Origin: Histomonas meleagridis 2922-C6/04-290x
Taxonomy: Eukaryota > Protista > Parabasalia
Assembly: GCA_020184695.1 (NCBI GenBank)
Contig: JAANOX010000029.1
Coordinates: 124,001-188,000, forward strand
Reading direction: 5' to 3'
Length of the DNA: 64,000 nucleotides
Below the pieces are notes generated by a model. It did not search any database, had not been told where the DNA came from, and saw only the letters and a program-made list of their open reading frames with translations. Each line of letters starts with the position of its first letter. Position 1 is the stretch's first letter. The position numbers and the translations under genes were made by a program. Of this stretch, positions 9,945 to 21,439 are shown piece by piece.

Positions 9945-10601
9945 TTATTCTTTATTTTTCGATACGATATAATTATGAATCAATTTAAGTGTAGTTGGAC
10001 TACATAATGACAAGTCGATCTCGATGACGCTTTTGTGGTGTGTGTAATTAGTTTCGTATTTTGTCAAAATATCAGCAATATTTTGGAGATCAGAATCTGA
10101 TTTCAATTCTGAAATTTCTTGATATATTTTATTTGGATCATAATTTTCTACTTCTTCCTTATCCTTTATCTTTTTGATGACAGGTATTGTTTCCTCTTTC
10201 AGTTTTTGCATTGCTTTAAATTCTTTGAGATTATTTGGTAATTCTTTTGCTAAATTTGCAAGGCTTTCAATTATTTTCTGAAGTTCGCCACTCGTGTCTC
10301 TATGTTCCTTTGGTAAAATTGATTCAGCATCTTCATTTATCATTTGAAGTAAAGTCAAAATTAAAAGAGATAGTTCACTTTCAGTTCCAAGATTCCTTGC
10401 CTCCATATTGAACGAAGTTCTGACATCATTGATCCATTCATTTGGTGATGAATAAGAATTACTTTCTAATTTATTTCGAATTAGTTGAAAAAATGGGACC
10501 CCTTGAAAAGTAGAATAGTGCGTTGTGATACCTTCTCCTAATGGAGAAGACATAATTCTTTCGTATATATTAGAACATTTGGAAAGAAGGATTGGGTCCA
10601 T
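9945..10601 (-). CDS. Degenerate bromodomain plus ET(NET)-domain protein
   Basis: FQLIRNKLESNSYSSPNEWINDVRTSFNM is bromodomain-like. LQNIADILTKYE...IEIDLSLCSPTTLKLIHNYI is an ET domain. Confidence 0.7.
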   Translation of the reverse strand: MDPILLSKCSNIYERIMSSPLGEGITTHYSTFQGVPFFQLIRNKLESNSYSSPNEWINDVRTSFNMEARNLGTESELSLLILTLLQMINEDAESILPKEHRDTSGELQKIIESLANLAKELPNNLKEFKAMQKLKEETIPVIKKIKDKEEVENYDPNKIYQEISELKSDSDLQNIADILTKYETNYTHHKSVIEIDLSLCSPTTLKLIHNYIVSKNKE

Positions 10602-10645
10602 TTGTGTTAACGTACTCCATACCGGGGCACGTTAAAAAACCGCAA

Positions 10646-11205
10646 ATGGACCACAATAGTGTCAAATTCACATTCGTAGGAGGTGGTAAGACAAGTCTTT
10701 TAGTAACTTACACACGCGATGGTGTTTTTCCTGCGGATTATGCCCCAAAATTTTTGGTGGTTTTTCTGCTCCTTTCTGCTTTAAAGGTCATCATTTTTAT
10801 TTAAATTTAGAAGATACATGTGGTAAAGATGAATACCTAAAATTACAGAGGCTTGTATACCCGAACACAGATGTTTTTATGATTTGTTTTTCACTTGTGT
10901 CACCAAAATCATTCCAAAAAATTCGAACCACATATATTCCAAACATAGAACAACATTACCCTGGCAAACCATATGTTTTAGTTGGGCTAAAAAGCGATCT
11001 TAGGGAAGAAGAATCAAATGTTTCAATTAAAATTTCAACATCTCAAGGCGAAGAATTCAAAAACATAATTGGGGCTCTTGCCTACATTGAATGCTCTTCA
11101 TTAACCAACGAAAACATAAGAGAAGTATTCGAGGCAGGTTTTCAAATTGCCTTCACAGGAGGTTACAAACCCAAAGAAAGAAAAAACCGTTGCTCTGCTT
11201 TTTGA
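10646..11205 (+). pseudogene. Rho/Rac-family GTPase interrupted by a -1 frameshift
   Basis: Frame 1 reads MDHNSVKFTFVGGGKTSLLVTYTRDGVFPADYAPK. The -1 frame continues IFGGFSAPFCFKGHHFYLNLEDTCGKDEYLKLQRLVYPNTDVFMICFSLVSP...GLKSDLR...YIECSS...CSAF. Shift at 10744-10750; the P-loop lacks 3 residues. Confidence 0.85.
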
Positions 11206-11325
11206 CTAGATTACACTTCTCTCAAAAAGCTTCCCATTTATGTATGTAAACTATTGAATTTTTCGACTTGTTTTTGTATACAAAGCATTTAAATCATTAA
11301 AACAAAAGAACTTATTACTTAAATT

Positions 11326-11700
11326 TTACACAAAAACATGGTCGTTTTTGTATTTTGATATCGATTTCTCATTATTTCCAGCATAAATTAATAATTTAGC
11401 AATTTTACTTTTTTTATTATTTATTGCATAATTTCCCTCATTATTCATTACATTAACATCAATACCATAATCAATTAATAATTTTGCGATTAAATATTAC
11501 ATTTTCTCCATTGTTGTTTCGTGAATTAACATCAGCACCTGCACCAACATATGCTTTAGCATTATCGCAATCGAAGCTATTGAAAATTGGTGTTTCTCAA
11601 TCTTTATTTCTTTTATTAACATCAGCATTAATTAATAAAATTGTATGATACTTCACTACAATGAAAAAGTGCTGTTTCGCCATCTTTATCCTTAATGTCT
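11326..11700 (-). pseudogene. Ankyrin-repeat pseudogene
   Basis: Minus-strand fragments IKDKDGETALFH, NADVNKRNKD*ETPIFN (TGA at 11597-11599), GAGADVNSRNNNGENVIFN and AKLLIDYGIDVNVMNNEGNY...IAKLLIYAG lie in different frames. Confidence 0.75.
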
Positions 11701-11985
11701 TATAAGACTTGAATGATGTTGGCTGCCATCCATTCGGTTCAAATAAAAAATGTGAAACGTGCCATATGAGAAAAATTGTCCAATTAAATGGTTACGTAAT
11801 TGAAAAAAACTCACTTAAAGACATGTGACATATAGTTATATCTCTATGTTAATATTACCGGTTATATAAAAATCCGATTGTGGAATTCTTCTATAAAAGT
11901 TCATTTTGTTCATAACAATGATTCATCAGAATAACATTAGATTAGAAAAAACATAATTTTACTTTTTTATTAAAATATCATATTA

Positions 11986-14900
11986 CTATACAATTTCGAG
12001 TGTTTCCCATTCTTCGTCATCACTTGTGTCATCATTTTTCCTCTTTAAATTCTCGCTTGAGAATTGTTTCAAATGAAGCACATTTTGTTTTCTTTTATTT
12101 TTATCGACGAAATTTTCCAAGAGATGTATTAACGTTTGTTGTTCTCTTTGAGTAATTTCGAAGAATATTTCTTTCACAACGATTTCATTTTTCGAAGTTA
12201 TTTTCTTAATCAGTTTAATTGCAGATTCAATAATCATTGAACCGAAATGTGAATCATTTCCATGTACAATTATACATTTTATAGCACATTTTATGATAAC
12301 TTTTAATAAATCGTTTTCGAAATCACATAAAACAATTGCCAAACATAAAAAATTCAAGAAAACAGAAGAATTTTGTATATTTTTCTCACATAACAAACAA
12401 ATTATCCTCAACTTATCAAAACACAAAATCTCATAACCAATTTTAGGGTTTTCTAATAATATTTGAGCTAAACAATTCATTCCTCCTTTCTTAAATAGTC
12501 TAAAAATGAAATCGAAAATTTCCTGCCGATTATTTTGAATTGAAATTTCCGAAAGTTTTAGAATTCGTTCCAAAAGTTTTAACTTAAATTCGTCGTTAAA
12601 ATTAGATTTAAACAAAGATGAAAGTTCATATTCCCATTGAACATTAATTAGAATTGTTAATAGTGATAATGCTTTTGGATTTGATTCATTTAAATCGAAA
12701 ACTTTTTCACATATTTCTTTTGAATATTCTTTTGGCGGATTTTTTCTTATTAATTTTCCAATTATTTCATAAGAAAACGAATTATTTAAAGTTAATTCCA
12801 TTAAATTATTCCAAAGATTCGAATTAATTTCGATGTTTAACGTCGAAATATATTTCAAAAATTTCGGAAGAATTTCATTAATTTCATTTGAAATTATAAT
12901 TTTCTTTTTAATTATTTCCGTAATTTCATATAATACGTTCATTGGAATTATTTCTTTATTTGTGGAATATTGTAAAATTGTTGTGATACAATTAATAGCA
13001 ATTGATATTCTCCAATTTTCGTTTTCTTCTTTAATTTCATTAATCAAAAACTCAATGTTAATAACTTTTTGATTTATAGTTTTAATCCAAACAAAAGAAT
13101 TTAATAATTTTCCATAATAACTTTGTTTCGATGATTTAAATATTGTATATTGTACAGGGTTTGGAGGGTTTTGTTTAAATAATATCATTGTTTCATTAAT
13201 GAATTGTTCGAAATCATTTTCAAATGTTTGGAAAATATTTTGGAATTTTTCATAAATTTTTATATTATTTTGTGCTATATCACATAAATTTATAATAATT
13301 TTATAATAAAAATCTGTTTTAACTTTAATATCTTTAATTCCATTAAAATAAACTTCAATTAAATTAATGAAATCATTTGTTCGATTTAAGAAATTATTCA
13401 TTTGGAAACATAAATATTCATATAAAAACTCATCGGATATTTCGAAATTAATTAAAAATCCATTTCGTACTGTTAATGCAAATTGAGGTTCATATAATTC
13501 AAGTAATAAAACTCCGTTTTGCATTTTCTTATCTTTAAATAATGTAATAATTTTAATGAAGAATTTATAAGCTGATTTTGATATATTTTCATCTTGAATT
13601 TCTAATGCTCGAGTTTCAGATGTAATTAAATCATCTAAACATTCATTCATTAAAGGATTCGTTTTAGATATAACTTTAATAATCATTGAAGATATCTTCG
13701 AACAAACTCTTTTCACTTGAAGTGAAGCTTCGATTTGTAAATTCGGTAACAAAGAACCATTTGATAAAACATTTTTGATGATATTAATCCAAGAAATTAA
13801 TTGTTCTGAATTAATAAATTCTTGAATAGAAAATTTATGTGCAATTGTTTGTATTAAATCAACAATTCTTTCATCATTTCTTTTTTGTAATAAAACAAAT
13901 AAATTCGGAATTAATTCGAAATAATCTTCTTTAATATTATTCTTAACTTTTAACATATCCGAAAACGCTCCACAAGCAGAAATTTGTAATGAAATAGAAC
14001 TTCCTAATTCATTAGGAAATTCGATTAATGTTAAATTAGAATAATCACGTATGAAAGCAAATACGCCACGTAATACATGAAACATAATTTGTTTACTATA
14101 AGGAATTTGTATACAACAAAATGATTGAATGATTAACTTTATAGTATTTAATGAAGGAGATGTTGATATTTCTGCAGATATAATTGGTAATAACATATTA
14201 AATGATAATGACATATTATATAAATTATATGGCGCTAATAAATTTGGCGTGTTTAATAATGATAATAAAAACGTAAATTGAATATCTAAAAGATGTAATT
14301 CATCAATTCGAAATGATAAATGATTATATGCATTAGATAATGCAAATTGTGCATAACTATTAGTAATTGTTGATTTAGACATTTCATTTAAGTCATGAAT
14401 CATAGATATTATATAACTGTTCGATAAATTAATATAAGAAAATATTGATGAAAAACATAAACATTTCCCAATACATTTATATTTCATGAAATAATTTATA
14501 ACTTCATTTATAACATTTTGATTTAATGTACACCAAACTGATATACATTCCGAAGTAATTTGCATTTGTAATATATCATTTTCATCATTAATTAACATTG
14601 GCAATAAAAACATATGAAGATTATTCGGAAATAATCTTTGCGTTTCAATGTTTTTAAGTAATGTTAATATTAATAAATGTGTAACAATTAAATTAGTTGT
14701 ACAATTAATTAAATGATTAATAACATTTTCGACTTCATTATCAGTTAATGAAAGTATTAAATTCGGATAAAATTCAATCGCATGTTGTGAGAAATATGAA
14801 ATCGAAACTTTCGAATATATAATATCATGTTTGTTAAAAGTAGTAATTACACGATGTAATGTTTCACTAGCTGGTAACATTGGAGACTTAATTTTTGAGA

Positions 14901-16626
14901 TTATATAATTACGTGTTGGTAATGAATCAAGTAATGTCGGAAACAAAAAGTTTTTATATATCTTTGAAGCAATTGAAGCTTCTGTTGATGCGATCATTGC
15001 GCAAAGTGCTGTTGTATGTGTTTGTAATATTTTGTTTTGTGATATTAATATTAAAAATTGTTCAATTAATTTTGTGTTTGGATGTGAAGCTAAAAATGAT
15101 GTAACATATCGAACAATTGTTATTAACAAATCAATTTTACGATTTGTGTTATCCATTTTATTATTTTTGATATAATTTATTAATAACATTAATGACTCGT
15201 CAATTTTAGTTTGATTGACATATTCAGATGGTAATACTGTTAATATTAAATAAATAGAGTAATATTCGGATGAATATATATTTTTGCATTCAATTGCTCG
15301 ATTTAAAAAAATCTTCAAGTTTTGTGAAACTAACTCAATAAGTTTGTTCCGTTGTGTCGCAGAGCCAATAATATGCGAAGTAATTAATGCCATTCCATGT
15401 AAATCGTCTTCAAGATTTTCATTATCTTCTGGTGGTACTGCTAAATATAATGTAGCCATTTGTAAATAATGTATTGCTGATTGGCGATTCTTTTCTGGTA
15501 ATAAGGAAAAAAATGAAGCACCACATAAATGTGATGTTGGTGATTTAGACGAAACTAATTGTAATGACAATCCCGCTATTTCTTGATCAGATGTTACATC
15601 ATATGATAATAAACGCAATAAATGTTGTTGTTCAACAGATGGTGGCTGTTCTAATGATATTTCATGGAAAAGTTCACTTCTGACATCTTTACCGAAAAGT
15701 GCCATTAATTGACTGACTTCTGAAATTTGAATGCTTCGAACAAATTTGAATAAAACCGAAATGTTATCGTAAATTAGTTCTGGTGGCATATAATCCAAAA
15801 AATGCCCAAGAATTTGAGGAAAATGCTTTTTAGATATGGTGAGAAATTCAAAGGTTTGCTGAAAGTTTTCTGGTGTTAGGCTTTTGTTTTCTTTTTTTAA
15901 TGACCAATCACTATTTTGATTTTGAGAATTTTGTAACTTACTTAATGGGTGATATGCACAAAGTGCACAAATATTAAGGATTTCTTCTTGTACAAAAATA
16001 TCAAGATTTGTATTGATAATTTCAAGTATGAAAAGTTGAACTTTTCTTATTGGAATTAAATTAGTTAGAATAAGATAGCGAATTGTTTCTGTTGCAAAAA
16101 GTTGTGCTGTTTCTTCTGGTGTTTTAGTTGTAAAAGCAGATTGACAAATACTAAAAATTTTATCGGCAAATTGTTGAGTTTCTATGGGCGCTTTCAAAGC
16201 GCATGAACCTAAAGCATATATGATTGGAGTTGCATTGATTTTTGATGAAATTAAGACTTTGAGTAATCCTGGAATCATAGATCTCGAATGTTCTCCAATT
16301 TTTCTAATAATAGACCCAATTGCATATACACCAGAAACTGTGGGCTTATTTGTTACTGTTGAAAAAAGATTCCACAATTTTAATGATTGATTTGAATAAA
16401 GATAAAGTAAACATTTACCAATTTGAATTGAACAACCTTGACTAAGGCATCCCGTATTTGCATAAAATAATGAGAATAATGCCTTTTCTGCAGATTCGAA
16501 ATTAAATTTTGTTGACTTATTAAATTCTTCTTCAAAATCACATAAAACCCTTGAAATTATTTCTTCTGCTGGTATAAGCCTTTGTTTCTTTGATAAAGCC
16601 TGTATATTTTGTAGAAGTGCATCCAT
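11986..16626 (-). CDS. HEAT repeat protein, HEATR5/Laa1/SWEETIE-like (AP-1 accessory)
   Basis: 1546-aa helical protein. VYAIGSIIRKIG, LDDLITSETRAL and LLELYEPQFALTVRNGF resemble the recalled HEATR5 LEQYQANVGAALRPAF region. Confidence 0.65.
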   Translation of the reverse strand: MDALLQNIQALSKKQRLIPAEEIISRVLCDFEEEFNKSTKFNFESAEKALFSLFYANTGCLSQGCSIQIGKCLLYLYSNQSLKLWNLFSTVTNKPTVSGVYAIGSIIRKIGEHSRSMIPGLLKVLISSKINATPIIYALGSCALKAPIETQQFADKIFSICQSAFTTKTPEETAQLFATETIRYLILTNLIPIRKVQLFILEIINTNLDIFVQEEILNICALCAYHPLSKLQNSQNQNSDWSLKKENKSLTPENFQQTFEFLTISKKHFPQILGHFLDYMPPELIYDNISVLFKFVRSIQISEVSQLMALFGKDVRSELFHEISLEQPPSVEQQHLLRLLSYDVTSDQEIAGLSLQLVSSKSPTSHLCGASFFSLLPEKNRQSAIHYLQMATLYLAVPPEDNENLEDDLHGMALITSHIIGSATQRNKLIELVSQNLKIFLNRAIECKNIYSSEYYSIYLILTVLPSEYVNQTKIDESLMLLINYIKNNKMDNTNRKIDLLITIVRYVTSFLASHPNTKLIEQFLILISQNKILQTHTTALCAMIASTEASIASKIYKNFLFPTLLDSLPTRNYIISKIKSPMLPASETLHRVITTFNKHDIIYSKVSISYFSQHAIEFYPNLILSLTDNEVENVINHLINCTTNLIVTHLLILTLLKNIETQRLFPNNLHMFLLPMLINDENDILQMQITSECISVWCTLNQNVINEVINYFMKYKCIGKCLCFSSIFSYINLSNSYIISMIHDLNEMSKSTITNSYAQFALSNAYNHLSFRIDELHLLDIQFTFLLSLLNTPNLLAPYNLYNMSLSFNMLLPIISAEISTSPSLNTIKLIIQSFCCIQIPYSKQIMFHVLRGVFAFIRDYSNLTLIEFPNELGSSISLQISACGAFSDMLKVKNNIKEDYFELIPNLFVLLQKRNDERIVDLIQTIAHKFSIQEFINSEQLISWINIIKNVLSNGSLLPNLQIEASLQVKRVCSKISSMIIKVISKTNPLMNECLDDLITSETRALEIQDENISKSAYKFFIKIITLFKDKKMQNGVLLLELYEPQFALTVRNGFLINFEISDEFLYEYLCFQMNNFLNRTNDFINLIEVYFNGIKDIKVKTDFYYKIIINLCDIAQNNIKIYEKFQNIFQTFENDFEQFINETMILFKQNPPNPVQYTIFKSSKQSYYGKLLNSFVWIKTINQKVINIEFLINEIKEENENWRISIAINCITTILQYSTNKEIIPMNVLYEITEIIKKKIIISNEINEILPKFLKYISTLNIEINSNLWNNLMELTLNNSFSYEIIGKLIRKNPPKEYSKEICEKVFDLNESNPKALSLLTILINVQWEYELSSLFKSNFNDEFKLKLLERILKLSEISIQNNRQEIFDFIFRLFKKGGMNCLAQILLENPKIGYEILCFDKLRIICLLCEKNIQNSSVFLNFLCLAIVLCDFENDLLKVIIKCAIKCIIVHGNDSHFGSMIIESAIKLIKKITSKNEIVVKEIFFEITQREQQTLIHLLENFVDKNKRKQNVLHLKQFSSENLKRKNDDTSDDEEWETLEIV

Positions 16627-16973
16627 TTTATGATGATAGGTTTGAATACAAATTTATCGTTTCTTTCATATTTGTGAATGCGGTTCAGTTTCTGGTAAAC
16701 CTCTTATAAAAATAAACCATTTAATGATTTTACAGTAATCAATTCTGTCACTTTTGCAATTCCATGAAATCATCAAATTATTTTTTTTCCAATATATTAA
16801 AACTATGTAATACTTTAACTTGTTTAGAATTTCAGTTTATTTTAGTCGATAAGAAAATATTTGATTGCAAATTACTTTAACGATAGTGTGTAAACTTATC
16901 AATTTTGATTAGTTTACTTAAATAAAAAAAGAATTTTAAATAAATCGTTTTTTATTCTCTATATTAAAAATAT

Positions 16974-17882
16974 TTATACTCCGAGGCAGTCATCGAATTC
17001 TTTCTCTTCGATATCCAAGAAAACGTTTGACTTCGAGTAAATAGATTTTCGCTCGTTGTTGATCCAATCCCACCCGAGCACTTTCTCGAAGAACGGATGT
17101 TCCATTATTTCTTCCGCAGTAATTCTTTTCTTTGGGTCAAATTCGATTGTTTTTTGTATCAGATCTTTCAAATCTGGATACTTTGACCAAAGAGGATCAC
17201 TATAATCAGGCTTTATTTTCATAGCCTCCTGATACATTTCTGCAATTTCCTTTAAATGCAAAAGGTTATTTTGTGTAACGAGATAATAAAATGTTAATCC
17301 ATATGAGAACACATCAGATGGATATGAATGTGGCTGGTTATTAAGAAGCTCTGGAGATGAATAAACACATGTCATTAAGTGACAATGACAAGATTCATTA
17401 TCTTCTAATTTTACGGCATGTCCAAAATCAATGATTTTTGGTACTGGATCTTCACTGTCTGAGTTCTCTATAACAATGTTAGCTGGTTTTATATCTCCGT
17501 GAAGAATATTATTTCTATGTAATGCTGCAAGAGCTGTAGCAGTTCTAAACATAACAATCGCGATAAAGCGTATCGAGACATTGAATCTATCTCTTGTATT
17601 AATCAAAGTTTCACCAATAGCTTTTGGCATCACAAGAACTCTAAAATTATCGTGTTGGAATTGTTCTAATATTGGCATAATATAAGGATGTTGTATTTCT
17701 GACTGTATTTGACATTCTTTCTCAATCCTTTCTATATTTTCTTTTGTAACGAAAATGAATTTCAATGAAAACTTTTTCGGTGATGGTGGCTTTGTTGCCG
17801 TGTATACGTACGAGTTCCTTGTGTGTGACTGACAGAACATTAGTCTGTATCCATTCACACGTAATGGAGGAGCACGAAACAT
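16974..17882 (-). CDS. Ser/Thr protein kinase (CAMK-like, non-RD)
   Basis: HGDIKPAN, DFG, YSSPE and DVFSYG are present; there is no canonical GxGxxG loop. Confidence 0.9.
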   Translation of the reverse strand: MFRAPPLRVNGYRLMFCQSHTRNSYVYTATKPPSPKKFSLKFIFVTKENIERIEKECQIQSEIQHPYIMPILEQFQHDNFRVLVMPKAIGETLINTRDRFNVSIRFIAIVMFRTATALAALHRNNILHGDIKPANIVIENSDSEDPVPKIIDFGHAVKLEDNESCHCHLMTCVYSSPELLNNQPHSYPSDVFSYGLTFYYLVTQNNLLHLKEIAEMYQEAMKIKPDYSDPLWSKYPDLKDLIQKTIEFDPKKRITAEEIMEHPFFEKVLGWDWINNERKSIYSKSNVFLDIEEKEFDDCLGV

Positions 17883-18791
17883 TTACAGCAATAAAATGAT
17901 TTTGTATTTACGGTTATAAAAGTGAACTCCCTTTGTAAACGTGAACCTTGTCGTTCGTGTAGTGACAAATAAGAAACCAAAATGTAAAATTTTTTAAAAC
18001 ATATTTATTTTAGTTTTAGGTTATATTTTTCGTTAATATATTATAGCTTTATAACAAGAAATTTATGTTTTGGTTATGAAATTTGCAATTGAATGATTTA
18101 CACAATTTTGCATGGCAAGTTTTCAAGTCCGAGTTAAGAAAAAGTCAGTTTGACACAAACAAGGCTTTGTCCATTCGACCTCTGATAAGTGTGCCACATT
18201 TGTGAACAAGAAGCTCAGTGAAAAGGCCGATATGGAATCCATATTGATGATGTGATCTTAAATGGCGGCATCACAATGCTAATTTGAGAACTCTTGTTGG
18301 TATCTTTTTTTTTGATTTTGTTTTGATAATAAAACCAAAACAAAGTGGTTCCGACTAAATATTACATAATTTTCAATTGAAAATTAAATCAAGTAAAGTT
18401 ATTAAATTAGATAAACGTTCTCTTCATACTTTTGATGATGCAGAGTGACTTTAATAATAAAATATTCCAATGAATTAAGATACAATTGGATAATATTGGC
18501 AATTTTTGGAGATAAACCTAACAATTATATATTGTAAACCATTCAAACACAAAATTCTTATTTCAACTTTTACCAACCTTTGTAGTTTTTTTTTTTATTT
18601 TTTTTTTTGGCTTCAAAATCAGGTTTTCCCTGAGCTTAACCCAGCGCCTTACTGAACAGTAACACATTTTAAGTAACAATTTGTTACTAACAAAGCACAT
18701 TAAGTTTCTCATTATTTACCTCCAAAACTTTGATAGTTTTAGAATTGAAATTTGTTGAACATGTAAACTATACAAATTTAGTTCCTGAGGC

Positions 18792-20822
18792 ATGATTTAC
18801 CAGATCCTTTTGCTGCAACTCAAATTTTGTTCATGTAATATTTTCGATATGAATGATTTATCGGTGACTGGCTTCAGCCTCTATTCAATAAATATTACAA
18901 AAAATGAACATTTTTCATCAAAATCTTTAATTCATATTAATACCAACAAACCATTAGTATTTCTAATTACACATCAACTAAGTCCTATTATGTCATCTCA
19001 TGTATTAACTCCAGTGAATATTTTATTTCTTAAAAATCAAAAGACAAAAAAAATTTCTCATGTTTTTAATGTCCATTATTTCTTTTCTACAGTGAATAAC
19101 GAATATATATTCAATGTATTTTCTTTTTTATTTAATATTTTTCTAGTAATTTTACTCACTTTTTTTGTCACCAAATTATTTTTCAACAAAATGAAACACA
19201 TATCAATAAATTTATTTGATAAATTAATAAAACATATTAAAACAATAAAAAACAAATTCCTTCCTTTAATATTCATTATTTTTTTCATTCATACAAGTGA
19301 AACATTTTCTACAGAAACATCAACACTTACCATCACTACTTCAAGTGAATTTGATGAAAGATCTTATTACCAAAACATAACGTTAAATCTTATAATTGAA
19401 AGTGGAGTTACAGCAATATCAGATAATGCATTTTCCCATTGGACTTCTTTAGTTTCAGTTATAATTGGTGATTCTGTAACATCGATTGGATATAGTGCAT
19501 TTTTTCGATGTTTAAATTTAGAATCAGTTATAATTGGAGAAAATGTTCAATCATTTGGAAGTCGTGCATTTGAGCAGTGCGGTCAATTACAGAATATCAC
19601 TTTCCCAGCATCAGTAAGTTCATTTGGTAATGCTGTTTTTATATCATGTCCGAATGTTAAGTTTTATAAAGTGTCTGAAAACAATCCGTATTTTTGTAAT
19701 TTAAATGATGATGATGTTCTTTATGATAAAAATGTTAAAACTATTTATTATTATCCAGCAGCTAAAGAAGGAAATACATATAAAATCCCATCAACAGTTA
19801 CTTATATTCGAGATATTTCATTTTATTATTCGAATTTAGAAGAGATTACAAATTGTGATAACATTGAAAGTTTTGGAGAATATGCATTATGCAGATGCAC
19901 TAAACTTAAATCATTTTCAATTTCAAGCAAAGTCACAACAATTTCAGAGGGTTTATTCTCATCATGTACCTGTTTAACCACTGTTTACATTGGAAAAAAT
20001 GTAAATAAAATCGAAATTTTCGCATTTAATTCTTGTAATAGTCTCACATGTGTTTACTTTTATGGTGAAAATGAGCCCACAATTGATGCAAATGCTTTTA
20101 TTTATGTTACAGTTGAAATCATGGTATTAAACACATATCAAAGTAAAACATTTGGTAAATTTGATGTGACATATGAAACAGTTCCAGAGTGCTTTTCAAC
20201 ATATACATTCACTGAATCAAATACATTCACAAATACATTTACTAAATCAAATACATATTCACAATCAAATACATTTTCTAAGTCAAATTCATTTAGTAAG
20301 TCTAATTCATTTATAATAGAGAATTCATTTGAATATTTCACAACATTTTCATATTCATTAACATTGAAATATACGATATCATTTATACAAACAATTTCAA
20401 ATTATTCATTTTTATCAAACACATATATCATTTCAATGTTATCTTCATCTATTACATATTTTGTCACAGAATATTTATATTATAATTATACGATTATTCA
20501 ATATTCGACATATTTAAGTTATTATTCAGATTTCTTTACTATTTTCAATCAAAATGAAGGAAATGATAATGAGAAACAAACGAATACTGTTATTATTATC
20601 ATTATTGTTTGTGTAATAATAGTTATTATTCTAATTATAATAATTGTTGTTATATTTCTTAATCATCAACGAAACAAAACCAAAAATGAAGAAAACGCGA
20701 TAAGTGTTGAAACGAATGACAATAATACGACAGAAGGATTTTCAGTTCCTAATCAAATGTCGAACATTGCTGAAGATCCATTTGTTGAAGATTTCAAAGA
20801 GGATCATTTTGTTAATATATAA
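18792..20822 (+). CDS. BspA-like (TpLRR) type I surface protein, copy 2
   Basis: TpLRR repeats, short FTKSNT stalk, TM VIIIIIVCVIIVIILIIIIVVIFL, tail with DPFVEDFKED. Confidence 0.9.
   Translation: MIYQILLLQLKFCSCNIFDMNDLSVTGFSLYSINITKNEHFSSKSLIHINTNKPLVFLITHQLSPIMSSHVLTPVNILFLKNQKTKKISHVFNVHYFFSTVNNEYIFNVFSFLFNIFLVILLTFFVTKLFFNKMKHISINLFDKLIKHIKTIKNKFLPLIFIIFFIHTSETFSTETSTLTITTSSEFDERSYYQNITLNLIIESGVTAISDNAFSHWTSLVSVIIGDSVTSIGYSAFFRCLNLESVIIGENVQSFGSRAFEQCGQLQNITFPASVSSFGNAVFISCPNVKFYKVSENNPYFCNLNDDDVLYDKNVKTIYYYPAAKEGNTYKIPSTVTYIRDISFYYSNLEEITNCDNIESFGEYALCRCTKLKSFSISSKVTTISEGLFSSCTCLTTVYIGKNVNKIEIFAFNSCNSLTCVYFYGENEPTIDANAFIYVTVEIMVLNTYQSKTFGKFDVTYETVPECFSTYTFTESNTFTNTFTKSNTYSQSNTFSKSNSFSKSNSFIIENSFEYFTTFSYSLTLKYTISFIQTISNYSFLSNTYIISMLSSSITYFVTEYLYYNYTIIQYSTYLSYYSDFFTIFNQNEGNDNEKQTNTVIIIIIVCVIIVIILIIIIVVIFLNHQRNKTKNEENAISVETNDNNTTEGFSVPNQMSNIAEDPFVEDFKEDHFVNI
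20208..20312 (+). repeat. Coding FTKSNT-type repeat (about 5 hexapeptides)
   Basis: FTESNT FTNT FTKSNT YSQSNT FSKSNS FSKSNS. Confidence 0.8.
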
Positions 20823-21439
20823 TAATATTTTTAATTGACTTCTTTATTATGTAGAGAACAGATCTCGCTAAGCATTATATGAAGCACTGACATCAAGTTG
20901 AAGGCGCATATTTATATGTTTCATGACTAAGTCTGTTAGATCACCAAAATTCACAATCGCTCACAGCCCTCGGAGTATGTTGCAAACCATTTTTCTCAAG
21001 TCAGCCAATGGAGGCACCTCCGCACGACTAAGTAGTGACCGAACATTTGGACCTAATCTATCTCTCACAAAATATTTTGTGATTATAATTCAATATGACA
21101 CCATTTCTCTTCTTTCGAATATATGTTATACAAATGTAAACGCCAAAAGTTATTTTACCGTTTAATTATCTTGAAAATTATAACTGAAGTTTTATAGTGT
21201 ATTTATTTAAAGAAAAAATATTTTGTAATAAATAAGTGAGTAATAAATCTAAGAAAGAATTATTAAACATAAATAATTCTCATTTCTTTAAGAAAAATAT
21301 TAAATTTAAGGAAATCAATTTTTAATCAAAGATTGTAGTAAGTTCATAGTATGGACTTTAATATTGACTAAATGTTCTCATATATTAATGAGAAAATATG
21401 ATATAAAACAAGGTGGAAAAAAACATTTTCCTATCGGCT

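Noticed and set aside
18100-18320. GC-richer island with a TGATGA (C-box-like) motif
   Set aside because: No matching downstream CTGA D box or terminal stem, and no interpretable ORF; there is not enough to call a snoRNA.
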